Source of the DNA: Eledone cirrhosa
Taxonomy: Eukaryota
DNA: 64,000 nt
Reading direction: 5' to 3'
Assembly: GCA_964016885.1 (NCBI GenBank)
Contig: OZ024740.1
Span: forward strand, 142,104,001-142,168,000
The notes beneath the pieces were generated by a model. It was given only the letters and a program-made list of their open reading frames with translations. It was not told where the DNA came from and made no database searches. Both the position numbers and the translations under genes were made by a program. Positions 12,140-26,646 of the stretch are shown here, piece after piece. Positions within the stretch are counted from its first letter, which is position 1; every line of letters begins with the position of its first letter.

Positions 12140-13625
12140 TTTTGGGTGTAGATCTTCTCGTTGAACTTGAATATGTGGCCCTTTAGGGTAGTTTTGATAC
12201 TAGCCCCTATTGCATGTGCGACCATTTTTCTTACCTGATCATTGTTTTGGGGGGTCCGTATAGCTTTGGTCCACCCAATCCACCTTCCCATGGGAGTCTT
12301 TTTTGCCATTGAGGTTATGGTGGGGGGACTACCTCCTATGGGTCTACTAGATCGACCCAAAATGAGGGAGCAGCCATTGGCGTCAGCATAGCTGGTGATG
12401 TTGCCAACCTTTTCATGGTATGGTGGGAAAGGAGACTTAAAGATCTGCTTAATGAGAGATCCATAGACCTCATCATGTACTCTCGTTATGTAGACGATAT
12501 CAATATAGTTATAAGAACATCCCCACTAGAGAGCACTAACAAGTTTGATATAGAACGTAGCACAATGGAAAGCATCCATCAGATAGCTAATTCCATACAC
12601 CAGAGTATAACTGTAACTATCGACTTCCCTTCCAAACACCCTAACAATAGACTACCTGTATTAGACACGGAACTCCGGATTAACACTATAGACGAGAGAG
12701 CCCAAATTCTCCACTCACACTATGCTAAACCCATGGCCTCCAAATACCTGATACTCAAAAACTCAGCAATGTCCAGTAGTGCTAAGTTTAATATTCTGAT
12801 CGCAGATTTGGTACGAGTGATGAAGAATGTGTCCCGCGTGTGCGACCCAACAGAAAGGGAAAGACACATCCAACACTTCATCAACCGCATGCAGTTCTCT
12901 GGCTACAACCAAAGACAGAGTCAGCATATACGAAGGAGCCATGGAGAAGTATAAGACCCACATAGAACTGGACATGAAAGGAATTTGCCCATTATACAGG
13001 AGCAAATCATGGAATAGCTTAGATAGGGCTAGACATAAGATAGGGAAAGCCACCTCATGGTACGACAACCAGAGATACCAGAGTGTCATGTTTGTGGACG
13101 CCACCCCTGGAGGGAAATTAGCTAACCAGTGTAGAAAGGCCATGAGAAAAACCCACTTAAAGATTAAGGTGGTAGAAAAGCCAGGAACCACCATAAAATC
13201 CTTGATCAGCAAAACCTACCCTTTTAAGAAAACCCACTGTACTAATAGGAAATGTATCATATGTAAGGTAAACCCCCGGATAAACAGTAAAACTAGAAAC
13301 GTAGTCTATAGCATAAGATGTACAGAGGGTACTTGCAGAAACATGACAACAACATACATAGGCGAGACAGCTCGTAGCATAGGTGAAAGGATAGACCAAC
13401 ACTAGGGAACTAAAAGGACGAAAAAACGGTTCAGTACTATACGAACATGCCAGACAACAACACGACGGTAACATAGACAACATAGAAATTAGAATAATAT
13501 CTAAACATAGAAATGACCCAGCAAATCAGAGAGGCCAGTGAAATAGAACTTAGAAGGCCAAGACTAAACAGAAAGAATGAATGGAATAACAACACCCAAA
13601 CAAACAACACTGACCTAAGAGAAGT
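12140..13625 (+). mobile_element. Penelope-like element (third lineage, YVDD RT and GIY-YIG) with an inverted 5' RT segment
   Basis: Plus strand: EGAAIGVSIAGDVANLFM..SRYVDDINI..DFPSKHPNNRLPVLD (12361-12954), then NVVYSIRC..YIGETARSIGERIDQH (to 13405). Minus strand 12360-12140 encodes the immediately upstream RT part (HIFKFNEKIYTQK). Confidence 0.85.
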
Positions 13626-14146
13626 ATAAATAAATAAATAAATAAATAGATAAATAAATAAATAAATACATACACAAGCACAATAACAACAAACATATAA
13701 ACACACACTAGTAAAGATAGAATACATAGAATACATAGAATACAATCACGAACACACATCAAACAAAACACTATACACACACGCAAACGCATGTGCAAAG
13801 AAGACAAAATAAAATAAACAAACAAACAAATAAATAAATAAATATATAGACAGACTAAATAAAAATGGCGTATACATACAATGTAACGGGAGGAAACAAT
13901 AGCACCACTGACGGTGTTGCAGATGTGCAACGAAAGAACTTTGATAAACTATATATATGTGTTTGTGTCTATATTGTATCTGTATTATTTTTGACCGTCG
14001 GTCAGTCAATGGCAACATTGAGGACCGAATAAATTAGATTACCGATATAAAAGACACAGAAGCGAAAAGCGAAAACCAACCAAACAGTGAGTGTGTTCTG
14101 TTATTAATTCTGGCAATATTACACAAATATAACCCTCCCCAAGTAT

Positions 14147-14318
<172 letters not shown>

Positions 14319-14526
14319 ATACATACATATACGTATATATATAATTATTTATACATATAGATATGGAAAGATACGTAACAATTCAGTGATATATTGAAGT
14401 CAGCTGAAGGGGTTTGATAGAATGTGAGTTGCTTTTAGTTTATCTTGGTGTTTAGTTCATAATTTTATTTGTGATCGATAAAGATGCAGTTTTGTGTTAT
14501 ATTTTCCAAATCAAAATTTGGTTAAT

Positions 14527-14639
14527 AATTGTTTCTACTTTAGGTACAAGGCCAGCAATTACCCAGTGCATTACTGGTACTTTATTTTATCGACCCCGTA
14601 AGGATGAAAGGCAAAGTCAACCTCGGCGGGATTTGAACT
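14527..14639 (-). mobile_element. SINE (main family), partial
   Basis: aattgtttctactttaggtacaaggccagc...ctcggcgggatttgaact. Confidence 0.85.
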
Positions 14640-14701
14640 AATTTTTGGTTAATAATACAAACCATTTGAGACGTAAATAGATAAATGAGTGAATCTGACT
14701 G

Positions 14702-14828
<127 letters not shown>

Positions 14829-14917
14829 CGAATGAAACTGTTCTAGTCTTATATAATAAAATAAATAAACCTATACTTTACTAACGCATTCAGTACCTCC
14901 CGAATAACATCGAGATC

Positions 14918-15031
<114 letters not shown>

Positions 15032-15080
15032 TGTATATGTATATATATATGTATATGTATATATATACATGTATATATAT

Positions 15081-15112
<32 letters not shown>

Positions 15113-15171
15113 GTATATGTATATATATATGTATATGTATATATATACATGTATATATATATATATATATA

Positions 15172-16865
15172 TAACTTTGAATAACTTTGAAATGTTTTGG
15201 CCAGTATTGGCCCAGGCCATGTCTAACTTAATAGCACCACCTGGCGAAGTCTTTCAATTCAGGATTTGGGCACCATGGCCCATTCGAGAAGAGAATTACT
15301 GTTTGCGGAGACATATCCGGGTGTGGGTGGTTTGTCCGGGATTACTTGGAGGAATTTGTCCAAAGACTTCTTGAATTTTGTGTGGTCAGTTTCTGTTTTG
15401 ACGTGTCCTGGTGTGATGTTGAAGAGAGCAGGGCCGATTGAGGTGAAATAATTGTGCCGTATTGTTGTTATGAGTTGCGATTTAGATTTTTGAATGGGAC
15501 GGATAGCACGGGGCCCAAGCCTTGGGTGTATCTTGAAGGCGATGCCAACATCATTTGGGCAGTGATGATGGAACATTTTCCACATCATGCAGATAATATA
15601 ACGCTCACGGCGACGTTGGAGTGAGTAAAGTTTCAGGTTTTCTAATCGACCCCAGTAGTCAAGGTCTGACATGCCATCTATCTTTTTCGTGATTGCCCTT
15701 TGAGGAGCTTCAAGTTTCATGATACTTTGTTTCGTGTGGGGAGACCACAGTGGAAACAGTATTCAAGGTGTGGTCGGGCGAAAGTAGAGAAGAGAAGGAT
15801 AATGGTGCGGGAATCTCTCGACTGGAAGGTTCTGAGGATCCAGGAACACATTCTGCGGGCCATGTCAACTTTGCTGCTTATATGCGTGGTCCAGCTTATG
15901 TTGCTGTCCACGGTTACTCCCAAGTCTCTGATGTTGTTAGATGCCACGAGAGTTTCCCCGGAGGGAAGGGAGTACGGGAGTTTCAGAGCATCCTCTTTTC
16001 CAAAGTGGATCAGTTCGAATTTGTCTTCGTTCAGTAACATGTTGTTCTTTTCTGCCCATTGGGTAACAGCCAGTAGGTCTGACTGAAGGCTTATCCGGTC
16101 ATCCACGCCATTGATGACCTTTTGGAGCTTGGAATCATCAGCGAAAATTTTAATGTTGCTGTGTTTGATGATGTCAGTGATGTCATTAATATAGATGATG
16201 AAGAGAAGTGGGCCCAACACAGTGCCTTGTGGGACCCCACTACTGACTTTGGCTGGGCTTGATTTGACTCCCTAAACTACAACATGTTGGGTTCTGTTTG
16301 ACAGGAAGCTCTTGATCCACTGCAGCAGCTTTCCAGTGACACCAATATTGGACAGCTTTCTCAGTAGAATGTTATGATCAACCCTGTCAAAGGCCTTGCT
16401 GAAATCAAGGTAGATAACATCAGTGTTGGAACCCTCTCCCAAGGCTCTCAAAATGTCATCAAAGTGATGCAGTAGCTGCGTCAGGCAATCCCTTCCATTA
16501 CGGAATCCATGCTGGTTGGAGTTCAGCATATTGTTACTCTCAAGGAAGTGGGTCATTCGCGATCTCACCACTCGCTCAAATACCTTAATGATATGAGAGG
16601 TGAGTGAGATTCGACGGTAATTCACGGCAAGGGATTTGTTTCCCTTTTTGAAAACTGGGACAACAGACTGGGATAGAAGGTTTTCTGGCACATATCCAGC
16701 ATCCAGTGAGTTCCGCCACAGATTGGCAAGAGGAGATGCAAGTTGGTGTTGACACGCCTTCAAGACACAAGCAGGGAACCTATCGGGACCTACTGCTGAA
16801 TTATGCTTGATTTCCTTTATTGCCGCCAAGACATCAGGGGCGCCAAACGTTATGTCCGATAAGGT
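15172..16865 (-). mobile_element. 5'-truncated CR1/L2-like (Jockey superclade) LINE RT and C-terminus, between TA tracts
   Basis: ORFs 16829-16272 ([46 protein letters not shown]), 16220-15717 (LGPLLFIIYIND, FADDSK, IRDLGV, RPHLEY) and 15720-15259 (LKLYSLQRRRER). Few disablements. Confidence 0.9.
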
Positions 16866-16883
16866 GTATATATGTATATGTAT

Positions 16884-16929
<46 letters not shown>

Positions 16930-16982
16930 GTATATATATATGTATATGTATATATATATATGTATATGTATATATGTATATG

Positions 16983-17015
<33 letters not shown>

Positions 17016-17054
17016 GTATATATATATGTGTATATATATATATGTATATATATA

Positions 17055-17122
<68 letters not shown>

Positions 17123-17239
17123 GTAATAATAATAAATATGAAGACTAAAATCTAAAGAGGGCTCGTTAAGGATAAATATATATCAAATATATAAGAACCA
17201 TAGAGCAAATATTTATTAAAATAACAGATTAAAGTTTAA

Positions 17240-17282
17240 GCAAAGAATCGCTGCTTTCACCCTTAACGGGATCTTCTGAAAC

Positions 17283-17283
<1 letters not shown>
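17240..17283 (-). ncRNA. Degenerate hammerhead
   Basis: Reverse complement CAGAAGA t-ccc-gttaa-ggg-t GAAA gcagcg... Stem II resembles the 62661-62706 copy, but the core and stem III are damaged. Confidence 0.4.
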
Positions 17284-17362
<79 letters not shown>

Positions 17363-17451
17363 AAGGTTAAACAAGGTTCAATGAATAAATCAAAGAATGA
17401 GTTTTACAATAGATTGGAAGCACTCAACAGTTATGGTTTTCCGCAGTTATT

Positions 17452-17801
<350 letters not shown>

Positions 17802-17815
17802 ATAAATATATATAG

Positions 17816-17958
17816 TTGTTTCTACTTTTGGCACAAGGCCAGCAATTACCAGTACATTACTGGTATTTTATTTTATCGACCCCGTAAAGATGAAACGTAA
17901 AGTTAACCTCGTCGGGATTTTGAACTCAGACCGTAAAGGGACGTAACTATGCTGGAAA

Positions 17959-17962
<4 letters not shown>
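17816..17962 (-). mobile_element. SINE (main family)
   Basis: ttgtttctacttttggcacaaggccagc...gaactcagaccgtaaagggacgtaactatgctggaaagcat. Confidence 0.85.
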
Positions 17963-18039
<77 letters not shown>

Positions 18040-18080
18040 GGGAACAAAGAATCAGTATTGCATCATACACATATTTAATA

Positions 18081-18172
18081 ACATATTACGTATATTTAAC
18101 TGCCAATCAGTTCGAGGAACGATCGATTGATGTTCTATCCTGACTCTGGAATCGGAAGTTCTTCAGATATGT
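18081..18172 (-). ncRNA. Hammerhead with long stem II (GAAA>TAAA)
   Basis: Reverse complement ACATAT CTGAAGA acttccgattccag...ctgattggcagt TAAA TATACG TA^ATATGT. Perfect 6-bp stem I. Confidence 0.6.
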
Positions 18173-18358
18173 GTTCACATATAGACTCCACATGAGCATC
18201 GAGTGTTCATCTTGGCATACTGTCTGCGGACACAATTAATTTGCACCTCTAATACTTATATATATATATATATAAGTTTATCCCGGGTTCAATCGGGGGT
18301 AACCACAGTAAGTAAGGTTCCCAATACATAGCAGAGTATAAATATTTAATACAGAAAT

Positions 18359-18409
18359 GGCTTCTACAGAACAAGAACAGTTTCATTCGGGAGAAATCAT
18401 CAGGAAGCC
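18359..18409 (-). ncRNA. Hammerhead within the fold-back hairpin 18344-18470
   Basis: Reverse complement GGCTTC CTGATGA tttctcccgaat GAAA ctgttcttgttctg TA^GAAGCC. The mirror arm on + reads TTGATGA tttctcctgaat GAAA CAG ttctagtc CTG. Confidence 0.75.
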
Positions 18410-18489
18410 CTTGATGATTTCTCCTGAATGAAACAGTTCTAGTCCTGGAGAAGCCATTTCTATATTAAATAAATATATATATATATATA

Positions 18490-18546
<57 letters not shown>

Positions 18547-18705
18547 ATAAATAAATAAATAAATATATATATATATATATATTTAGTATGGTTGCTAGGA
18601 TGCGTCCATAGGCGGTATGCCGGTTGAGCACTCTATGGTCCTTCGGAGCAGAGTATGATAATATGGAAAACTAAGAATCAGTGATGCATCGGAACACAAT
18701 TTATT

Positions 18706-18798
18706 ACGTATGACAATTGTTTTTCCGGCGAACAGGTCGAGGTGCGATCTGTTTGTGAATCGAACCTGACTCTGGATTCGCAAGTTCCTCAGATACGT
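18706..18798 (-). ncRNA. Hammerhead with long stem II (GAAA>AAAA)
   Basis: Reverse complement ACGTAT CTGAGGA acttgcgaatccag...ctgttcgccgga AAAA CAATTG TC^ATACGT. An inverted partial copy at ~18859-18896 has GAGA at the same position, which implies ancestral GAAA. Confidence 0.65.
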
Positions 18799-19066
18799 CT
18801 AGTGATTTCGAAGCAAATTCTCTTTCTGCTGGACTCCGACCGTTCGAATTTTTATCATCAGATCGCACCTCGAGCTCTTCACCGGAGAGACAATTATTAT
18901 ATATATATATATAAGAATTATTATATATGTATATATAATATGGAGCGCTTGCCAGCATGACTCGGAATTTGCGTTACGTTTCGCTTTTTCTACCTGCCGA
19001 AATGCGATTCTCGCTGAATTTATATTTATATATACATATATATATATGTGTGTGTGTATGTGTGTA

Positions 19067-19098
<32 letters not shown>

Positions 19099-19672
19099 TG
19101 TGAGTGTGCGTGTGTGTGTGTTAAAATATCAATACATATTTAATATATAAGATGATCATGTTTCTCAATAAATAAGCTCAAAGGACCTTGGTTGAGCGCA
19201 TCAATAACTCAAATTTGTATGATGAGTGGAGGACTGACAAGTGGAACTGAAGAGTAGCGGTAGAAATGTGAGTCTGATGGTGGGCCTGTCGGTCACTGTA
19301 AGGTCTTCTCTAATTGTGTGTTGTCCTTGTTTAAGACTGATGAGGCAGAGTACGCACATACTATCAACAAAGCAAATCAACAGTTACAACAAAAATAAAT
19401 CACATCCTTCCTTGATTCCATTTCAGTCCAACTGGACTGCTATGACCTAGAGCAACGTTTTAAAGAGTTTCGTCGATCATCTTGATGTCAGTACTTATTT
19501 CTATTGATTGCTTTTTATTGAACTCTATTTCCTGATGTACTACGTTGCGAGAAAAAAGCAAGAAAAGGTGTACACACACACACGCACGCACACACACACA
19601 TACAGATACACTGAATATAAATGTTTTTTTTTGTTTTTACTTTCAAATGGGATCGAGTCCCTGGTCTACGTA

Positions 19673-19769
<97 letters not shown>

Positions 19770-20353
19770 AAACAGGGGCTGTGTAAGGTGTACTTATAAA
19801 TAAGAGGAACGCATGAACGGGAGAAAACTTTCCTTCATCAGTTGTCTGCTGGGGATCATGGACATTTCTACGCATTAAAGACAATGTATCTAGCTCCAGT
19901 GCGTCAATAACTAAAGGAAGTTATTGGGGGAAAAAAGGAGAGAGCGAGAAAAAATATATAACAGAAGGGAAAAGGGAAGGAAAAAAAAAAGCGGTAAACA
20001 ACGTACCGAAGAGGGAAAATCGAAAGGACATGTGTATGAGCAACGCGATGAGAAAAAAAAAATTAAAGTCGACATCAGCTACTGGACTTAAGACCGAGGC
20101 TGTGTGGACGAGAGAAAAAATCACGTCTCACCTCCGCAAGTCAGGTGAGAGGAACAGGTGAGAGGAACAGCGGAAGCAGCGGGGTAGCTAGCAGAGAGAG
20201 GGAGAATAAAAGTGAGAAGGAGAAAGAGAGAGAAAGAAAGAAAGGGGAAGAGTTAATAGCAACAATATAGATATGGAGAAAGAGAGAACAGGTCACAGCA
20301 AAACTTGATAAAATCTTTTAGATTAAACCGGAGCTGTGTAGTTGGTGGATAAG

Positions 20354-20424
<71 letters not shown>

Positions 20425-20426
<2 letters not shown>

Positions 20427-20582
20427 ACAAAGAAGGTGTGGTAAGATACCAGGTGGAGCATAACGCATCAGAGTACTCGATACTTAGGATAGTAGAGTGG
20501 GTTATAGGAAAAGAGTCTGGACGCCGACGGTTGAACTGCGGCCGTTTCGACCGGAGCTCAGCCGTCGGGGTCCTGGCTCTTC

Positions 20583-20586
<4 letters not shown>
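20425..20586 (-). mobile_element. Short TA-embedded module with fold-back and hammerhead remnant; family of 41709-42118
   Basis: Shares gtggtaag..cataacgca.cagagtactc.atacttagg.tagtagagtggg.tataggaaaa with 41711-41790. The reverse complement contains GAAA CGGCCG CA gttcaacc without CTGANGA. Confidence 0.55.
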
Positions 20587-20618
<32 letters not shown>

Positions 20619-20649
20619 CTCAGGGCAATGCAGGTTTTTGAAATGATAA

Positions 20650-21160
20650 GGGCTTCTTTCTCTCCTTTTTGCCTACTTTTCCTCATAGTTGGAATTGCAA
20701 AGTTCCAAGACCCTCTCTTCCTCGTGTATGTTATTCCGACGTTATGCGGTAGTTTCAGCATACTTTCTGCTTGTGTGACAGAATCGTCAGCTGCCCATTT
20801 GTGTCCTTATTTTATAGTGACACCTGCATCTCTGACTTGTGTGTCCCATGGGTCTTTAAATATCATGTCATGCTGCACTTTACCTCTTTGAACTCCTCTA
20901 CCACAGATAATAGGGAAAACTTGAGCTGTCTTATGTAGAGACCAATTTTAGTGAAGCTTGGAGGGATTCTCGATCACTGTCGTAGATATTTCTTGATCTC
21001 CCTCCCCACTCACTCCGTTTCCACTGCAAATTCCAGACTGGAGATAAAACTCTCTGCTGTGAATAAATCGTCACATCAAGGGTGTGGTCTAAGGTAGTTG
21101 ATGTATCGTTAAGTGGAAAGGGATATTGGCTCTTTGAAAGCCATCAATGTAAGTTCTAGA
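20650..21160 (-). mobile_element. HERO-clade (R2-group) non-LTR retrotransposon fragment
   Basis: Frameshifted reverse-strand translation IPPSFTKIGLYI..LLSVVEEFK..QVRDAGV..KWAADDSVTQAESMLKL..GLG resembles the HERO post-RT region. Confidence 0.65.
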
Positions 21161-21234
21161 ATCAATTGTTTATACATTTTGTATTTTCAGTGATTGTCTG
21201 TTATATAAATATAGAGGGATGCTTGTGGGACCAA

Positions 21235-21482
21235 CAACCTTCTTCCTTCTTCCTCATCTTCTTCTTTTTTTCCTTCTTTCTCCTCCTTATTTTTCTTCAT
21301 CTCCATTATTTCTTCTTCTTCTTCTTCTTCTTCTTCTTCTTCTTCTTCTTCTTCTTCTTCTTCTTCTTCTTCTAATCTTCATTCTATTACAACTCCCCTT
21401 TTATATCTCTCATTGCTGTTGCTGCTGCTGCTGCTGCTACTACTACTACTACTACTACTACTACTATTACTACTACTACTAT

Positions 21483-21549
<67 letters not shown>

Positions 21550-21670
21550 GCTGCTGATGTTGTTGTTGCTACTACTACTACTTCTACCACCACCACCACC
21601 ACCACCACTACCACCACCACCACCACCACAACTACTACTACTACTACTGCTAATACTAATACTACTAATG
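21235..21670. repeat. Compound trinucleotide microsatellite (TTC)n-(CTG)n-(CTA)n-(CCA)n
   Basis: Seen directly. Confidence 0.95.
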
Positions 21671-22382
21671 CCACCCATTTCCATAAGGGGAATTACCGAC
21701 GGACGGCCTTTAAAAGTGGCTGAACAGAACGTCCGCCATTACATAACTGTCCCATGAATAATTAAAAACCCGCCAAAATTATTTGACAGTTTACAACTAA
21801 TTTATCGAGTGCTGGACATTCAGTAATTATTTATTTACTATTTTGCCGCTAAAAATATTCCTTAGGGACAATGAAATGTGTATATTTTTATATTATTGTA
21901 TACATTTTATTTATTTATTTATTTATTTATTTTACTTTTCAATTTTTCGTATTCCCCACTACCTACCATCTGCTATTCCTTCCCCACGAGACCTGAATAC
22001 TGAATATTTCAGTGAAATCTTTCTTGACACCAGTTTCCTATCTCATTCAACTATTACTGGAGACATTTTGAAATAGTTGATTTAGACTCTATATATCTCT
22101 ATCTCACCCCTTTCTGTCTGTGCATGTGTGTATATACGTGCATGTTTGTCTGTATATATATATATATATGTATATATATATGTAAATATATATATATATA
22201 TATACGATATTAACAAATGGAAACTATATTTATAAAACCATATCTATTTTATTATACATATTTCAAGGATACCATGTTAAATTATAGTATGCTTTCATCA
22301 AACAAAATACAATATATACCAGTTTTATAAATAAATGTTGACATACCCTTACAAAATGCAACCGTTACTTTCGAAAGACATC

Positions 22383-22416
<34 letters not shown>

Positions 22417-22456
22417 GGGTATTTGTGCGTGCGTGGGTATGTGTATATGTGCCTTT

Positions 22457-22541
<85 letters not shown>

Positions 22542-23393
22542 TTTGTGGCTGTGTTCGTGTGCGTTTGTGTGTTTTCGAGTGTGTGAGTATGTATGCATGT
22601 CTCTGTCTGCACGTGTGTGTGTTTGTATGTGCATGTGAGCGTGTGTTTCTCCGTAATTTTTAGACGAAACCCTTTCCTTTTCTCACTCTCGCTGTGCGTT
22701 GGTATCACCATTAATAATTCTATAACGTGATGTTTCACTCACATTTAAACTGTGAATACTTACTTGTGATGCTTTACTCACAGTCATATGTGAATACGTT
22801 ACTTAATCGAATGCAACGATCAGATCGATCTTTCAATGTTTTATTACATCGTTTTCATTAATGACGGGAAGTAGCAGACAATTTGTGCGTTGTGTGGTGG
22901 TAGAAGAGGAAGTGGAAAGGGAGAAAACTTTCCCAGTTGATGGTCTACGACTAAACGTTGTAAATTAGTGTTACACCTATTATTGATACAACGTGTGAAA
23001 ATATTCCCTTTGTTGTTTCACTACTGTTCATAATAGCTTCTCTATGGAGAAAGAACTTTCCAAATTAGGATATGAAGTGTTGTACTCCCAGCTGGTGGCG
23101 GGTTCATATCTAGACAAAGGCTTCTAAATTTAAGAGTAGAAAAGCTACTGACTGATAGACGATGGAACCACTATGTGGATGTGGAAACATCTTTGTAGTT
23201 AATTAGAGAGTGAAGGGAAGGGCACAACCAGAGGACGGTTGCGGATTCCTAACTGGACAAATACTTCTATCGTGAAAAACTCTACGTTGTCGGCTAACTT
23301 CATCGAAATATGAAACAAACTTCCTCTCAAATCACACTCTTTTGTCTTGGTGGAAAAACAGATGAATATGTTAGATAATTGTATGTTAGATAA

Positions 23394-23735
23394 TTATTTC
23401 TACTTTTGGCACAAGGCCAGCAATTATTCCAGTACATTACTGGTACTTTATTTTATCGACCCCGTAAGGATGAAAGGCAAAGTTAAGCTCGGCGGGATTT
23501 GAACTCAGACCATAAAGGGCCGTAACTCTATTGTATGTTAGATAATTGTTTCTATTTTAGGCACAAGGCCAGCAATTACCCAGTACATTACTGGTACTTT
23601 ATTTTATCGACCCCGTAAGGATGAAAGGCAAAGTTAACCTCGGCGGGATTTGAACTCAGATCATAAAGGGACGTAACTCTATACTTCAAAGCATGGTGTC
23701 CGACTCTCTACCGATACTGCCAATCCACCGCCCTT
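23394..23735 (-). mobile_element. Two tandem SINE copies (main family)
   Basis: Copies at ~23394-23530 and ~23544-23735, each preceded by tgtatgttagataat. Confidence 0.85.
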
Positions 23736-24567
23736 GCATGTTAGATAATGTTATCCAAAATACACTGTCTGGAAAAATCAAAGACGAAATAGTTACGGCA
23801 AGAATGTCTTTGATCATAGATATGCTCGACCAGGCCCATCTTCAACAACAGTAATTACATATAAGCCTCTACAGGATCACTCGACTTGCTTGAAATAACA
23901 GACAAATCTCGCTTAAATCGCACCACACATACTTTAAAATGGACATATTGGATACTGTATCCGTAGACACCTCTATAAAGACAAAATGGTCCTGGCTGGA
24001 ATGCCTTTGATCATATGTTTGCTCGATCTGACCTGGCCTGTTACTGATCAACAAAAACAGCAAATATACACTTAGTGCAAAACAATTCTCCTGGCTTTAA
24101 TATAACAAGAAGATCAATACTAACATGTACCTGTCATCAAGTCCTCACTGAAAAATAACATCATACCCATTACATAATATGATCCTTGAAGACACATATA
24201 TAATTGTTTTATTGATTCGTACGATGTCAATACTTTTGTTCGGCTTGACACGAATCTCGCTTGAATCTTCGTTGAGACTAATTGATATTGTGCTGTTTCT
24301 ATTTATTTTCTTCTTTTTCGTATTGCCTTGATAGCACCCTACGTTATATATCAACCACGTTCAGTATCAAGCAATGTTATTATCAATATATTGTGCGTAT
24401 TTCTAAGTCCTGAAGTTTTGAGTTATTTATTTGGCTGAATATTTCTTTCTCATCCCAAGGCTCCTCTTATTATATGAACAAGTACATAACCCAACATCAT
24501 TGTACGGGTGAAACAAGTAATATTCGGATATCTTCACCAAATTCTAACAAAGCTTAGTTATAGATTG

Positions 24568-24656
<89 letters not shown>

Positions 24657-25063
24657 ACATATGTATGTATGTATTTCTCATCGCATTGGCTACATAATTT
24701 CGAGGTAATGAGCATTGATCTTAAGCAGTTAAGATGAGACCTTCACTCTCTGCCTTTAGCCCTGAGCTATGTAGCCACAGATGGGTGTGCTTCTTGTCAA
24801 CCCTAGCTTGTTTGCTACGGGTCACCTATTTGCTAGACAGTTAATTTTTCATGTCCTTTTTTCTTTGCCATTAGTTTTACTTCCTTTGCAACAACAGCTG
24901 CCACAGTTCCCACCATCTATCCAGCCTAGATATCAGTCAAGATAGAATCAAGCTTCTTACTCTTCTCATGATTTCCAACGAGTTTCAACATCCAGTTGTT
25001 CGTTGTTTTAATATATTTGACCAAGCCAATTGTGGTGGTTTTGTAAGAAATTATTATTATTAT

Positions 25064-25602
25064 TGGCAGATTGGCAGTATCGGTAGAGCGTCGAACAACA
25101 TACTTCGCGACAAAGAGTCATGACTCTTTATATTCTGAGTTCAAATCCCGCTGAGTTCAAATCATCCTTACGGGGTCGATAAAGTATCTGTAACATATTG
25201 AGGTCGATTTAATCGACTTTCCTCTCTCCCAAAAGTGCTGTCCTTGTGCCTATTTATTGTTATTATTATTAGCACTATCGGTAGAGCGTCGGACAACATC
25301 GTTTGCAGCATATAGTTTCGTCCCTTTACGTTCTGATTTCAAATCCCGCCGAGGTTAGCTTTGCCTTTCATCGTTAAAGGGTCGATAAAATGCAGTACCA
25401 GTAACACCCTGGAGTCACTTTGAATTGCCTTTCCCCTCCCCTCAAAATTGTTGGCCTTGTGCATAAATCAGAAACCATTATTCTCATTATTCAGATGACA
25501 TGTTTTGTAGTATAATGTTACATCCTTTTACGTTCTGAGTTCAAATCCCGCCGTGGTTAGCTTTGCCTTTTATCCTTACGGGGTCGATAAAATAAAGTAC
25601 CA
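25064..25602 (+). mobile_element. Three tandem SINE copies (long form and partial)
   Basis: ggcagtatcggtagagcgtcg heads at ~25073 and ~25271, and a partial copy at ~25500-25602. Confidence 0.8.
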
Positions 25603-25789
25603 ATATCAGAGACAGAATCCGCAGATATCGGTACTTCCGCATCTCGAAGTGAAAATAGGGGGGAAACCCACAAACCTCCCAAACAAAAAGAGAAAACACA
25701 CACAAAAAATAATTTGTCTTCACACCAACACATATATTGCCAGACGTTCACAGCTTTCTAACAGTCGGGCAATGTAGTCAGTGGAAGTT

Positions 25790-26130
25790 TCACTCTAGCG
25801 TTCCATAGAGGACTATAGTAGTGGGCAAGAATGGCGACATTCTCGGAGAAACGCTGGGCGTCAACAGAATCGAACTAACCAGTCTCTTCCAGGGAACTTT
25901 CGTGTCGATAACTTGATAGTGTTACAGGGCACTGCCGGTTCGAGATAAACTACAGGCACTGAAATGCTGTCGGACACCTCTGCCCGAGATGCACGCAGAG
26001 CGATGAAACGGTTCTGAACGCATCCGTCCAATGACTGAGCATTGCTGACTTGTGGAGTTTTGTCGAACAGCTATTATCGTGTGTAGGACGGATCCGGCTA
26101 TCGTCTCTGTGAAGTCGCTTGGCTTAGTTG
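25790..26130 (+). mobile_element. L1/Tx1-like LINE C-terminal zinc-finger fragment
   Basis: Frameshifted translation ALPVRDKL..CPRCTQSDETVLNASVQ*LSIADLWSFVEQLLSCVGRIRLS, a zf-RVT-like CCHC remnant. Confidence 0.6.
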
Positions 26131-26646
26131 TTAGGCAAGCTGTTGCCACAAGATAGTTAGTGCCATGCGGTGCATTGTATCTTTTCATTGGTCTTTCCAA
26201 TTACCAATACTATCTGCCGTTTGCAAATCCAGGTAGAAGTAGCAACGTGAAAAAAGGTGTCTTACTCAAGGACATAATGCATCGCGCCGATGCTGGAATC
26301 GAACTCACAACCTCATGATTGTGAATCCAATTCTCTAACCACACATATACAAACAAACACTCACACACACACACATATATATTTAATATGCAAATGTAAA
26401 CTTAGTAAATCTATATGTGCATGAGTGTCTGTGTGTGTGTGTGTGTGTACATAAAATGCAGTTGTTACCACAAGGTGTTTTGAATAAAACTTACTGAACT
26501 GTGAAGATTAGAATGAAGGTGTTTATCATATGGTAATCCCATCGGCGTAGTTCTGAAATATATGGATTCTATTACACAAACGTGTTGACATCAGAAGCAT
26601 TAGGCGCCATTTATTATTCTATGTTCCAAATATATGAACATTATTC

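Noticed and set aside
13898-13945. CTGACGG-t-gttgca-gatg-tgcaac-GAAA downstream of the third PLE
   Set aside because: Stem II is good, but the core A9, cleavage triplet and stem I are unsupported. It may be a decayed HHR but is too weak to list.
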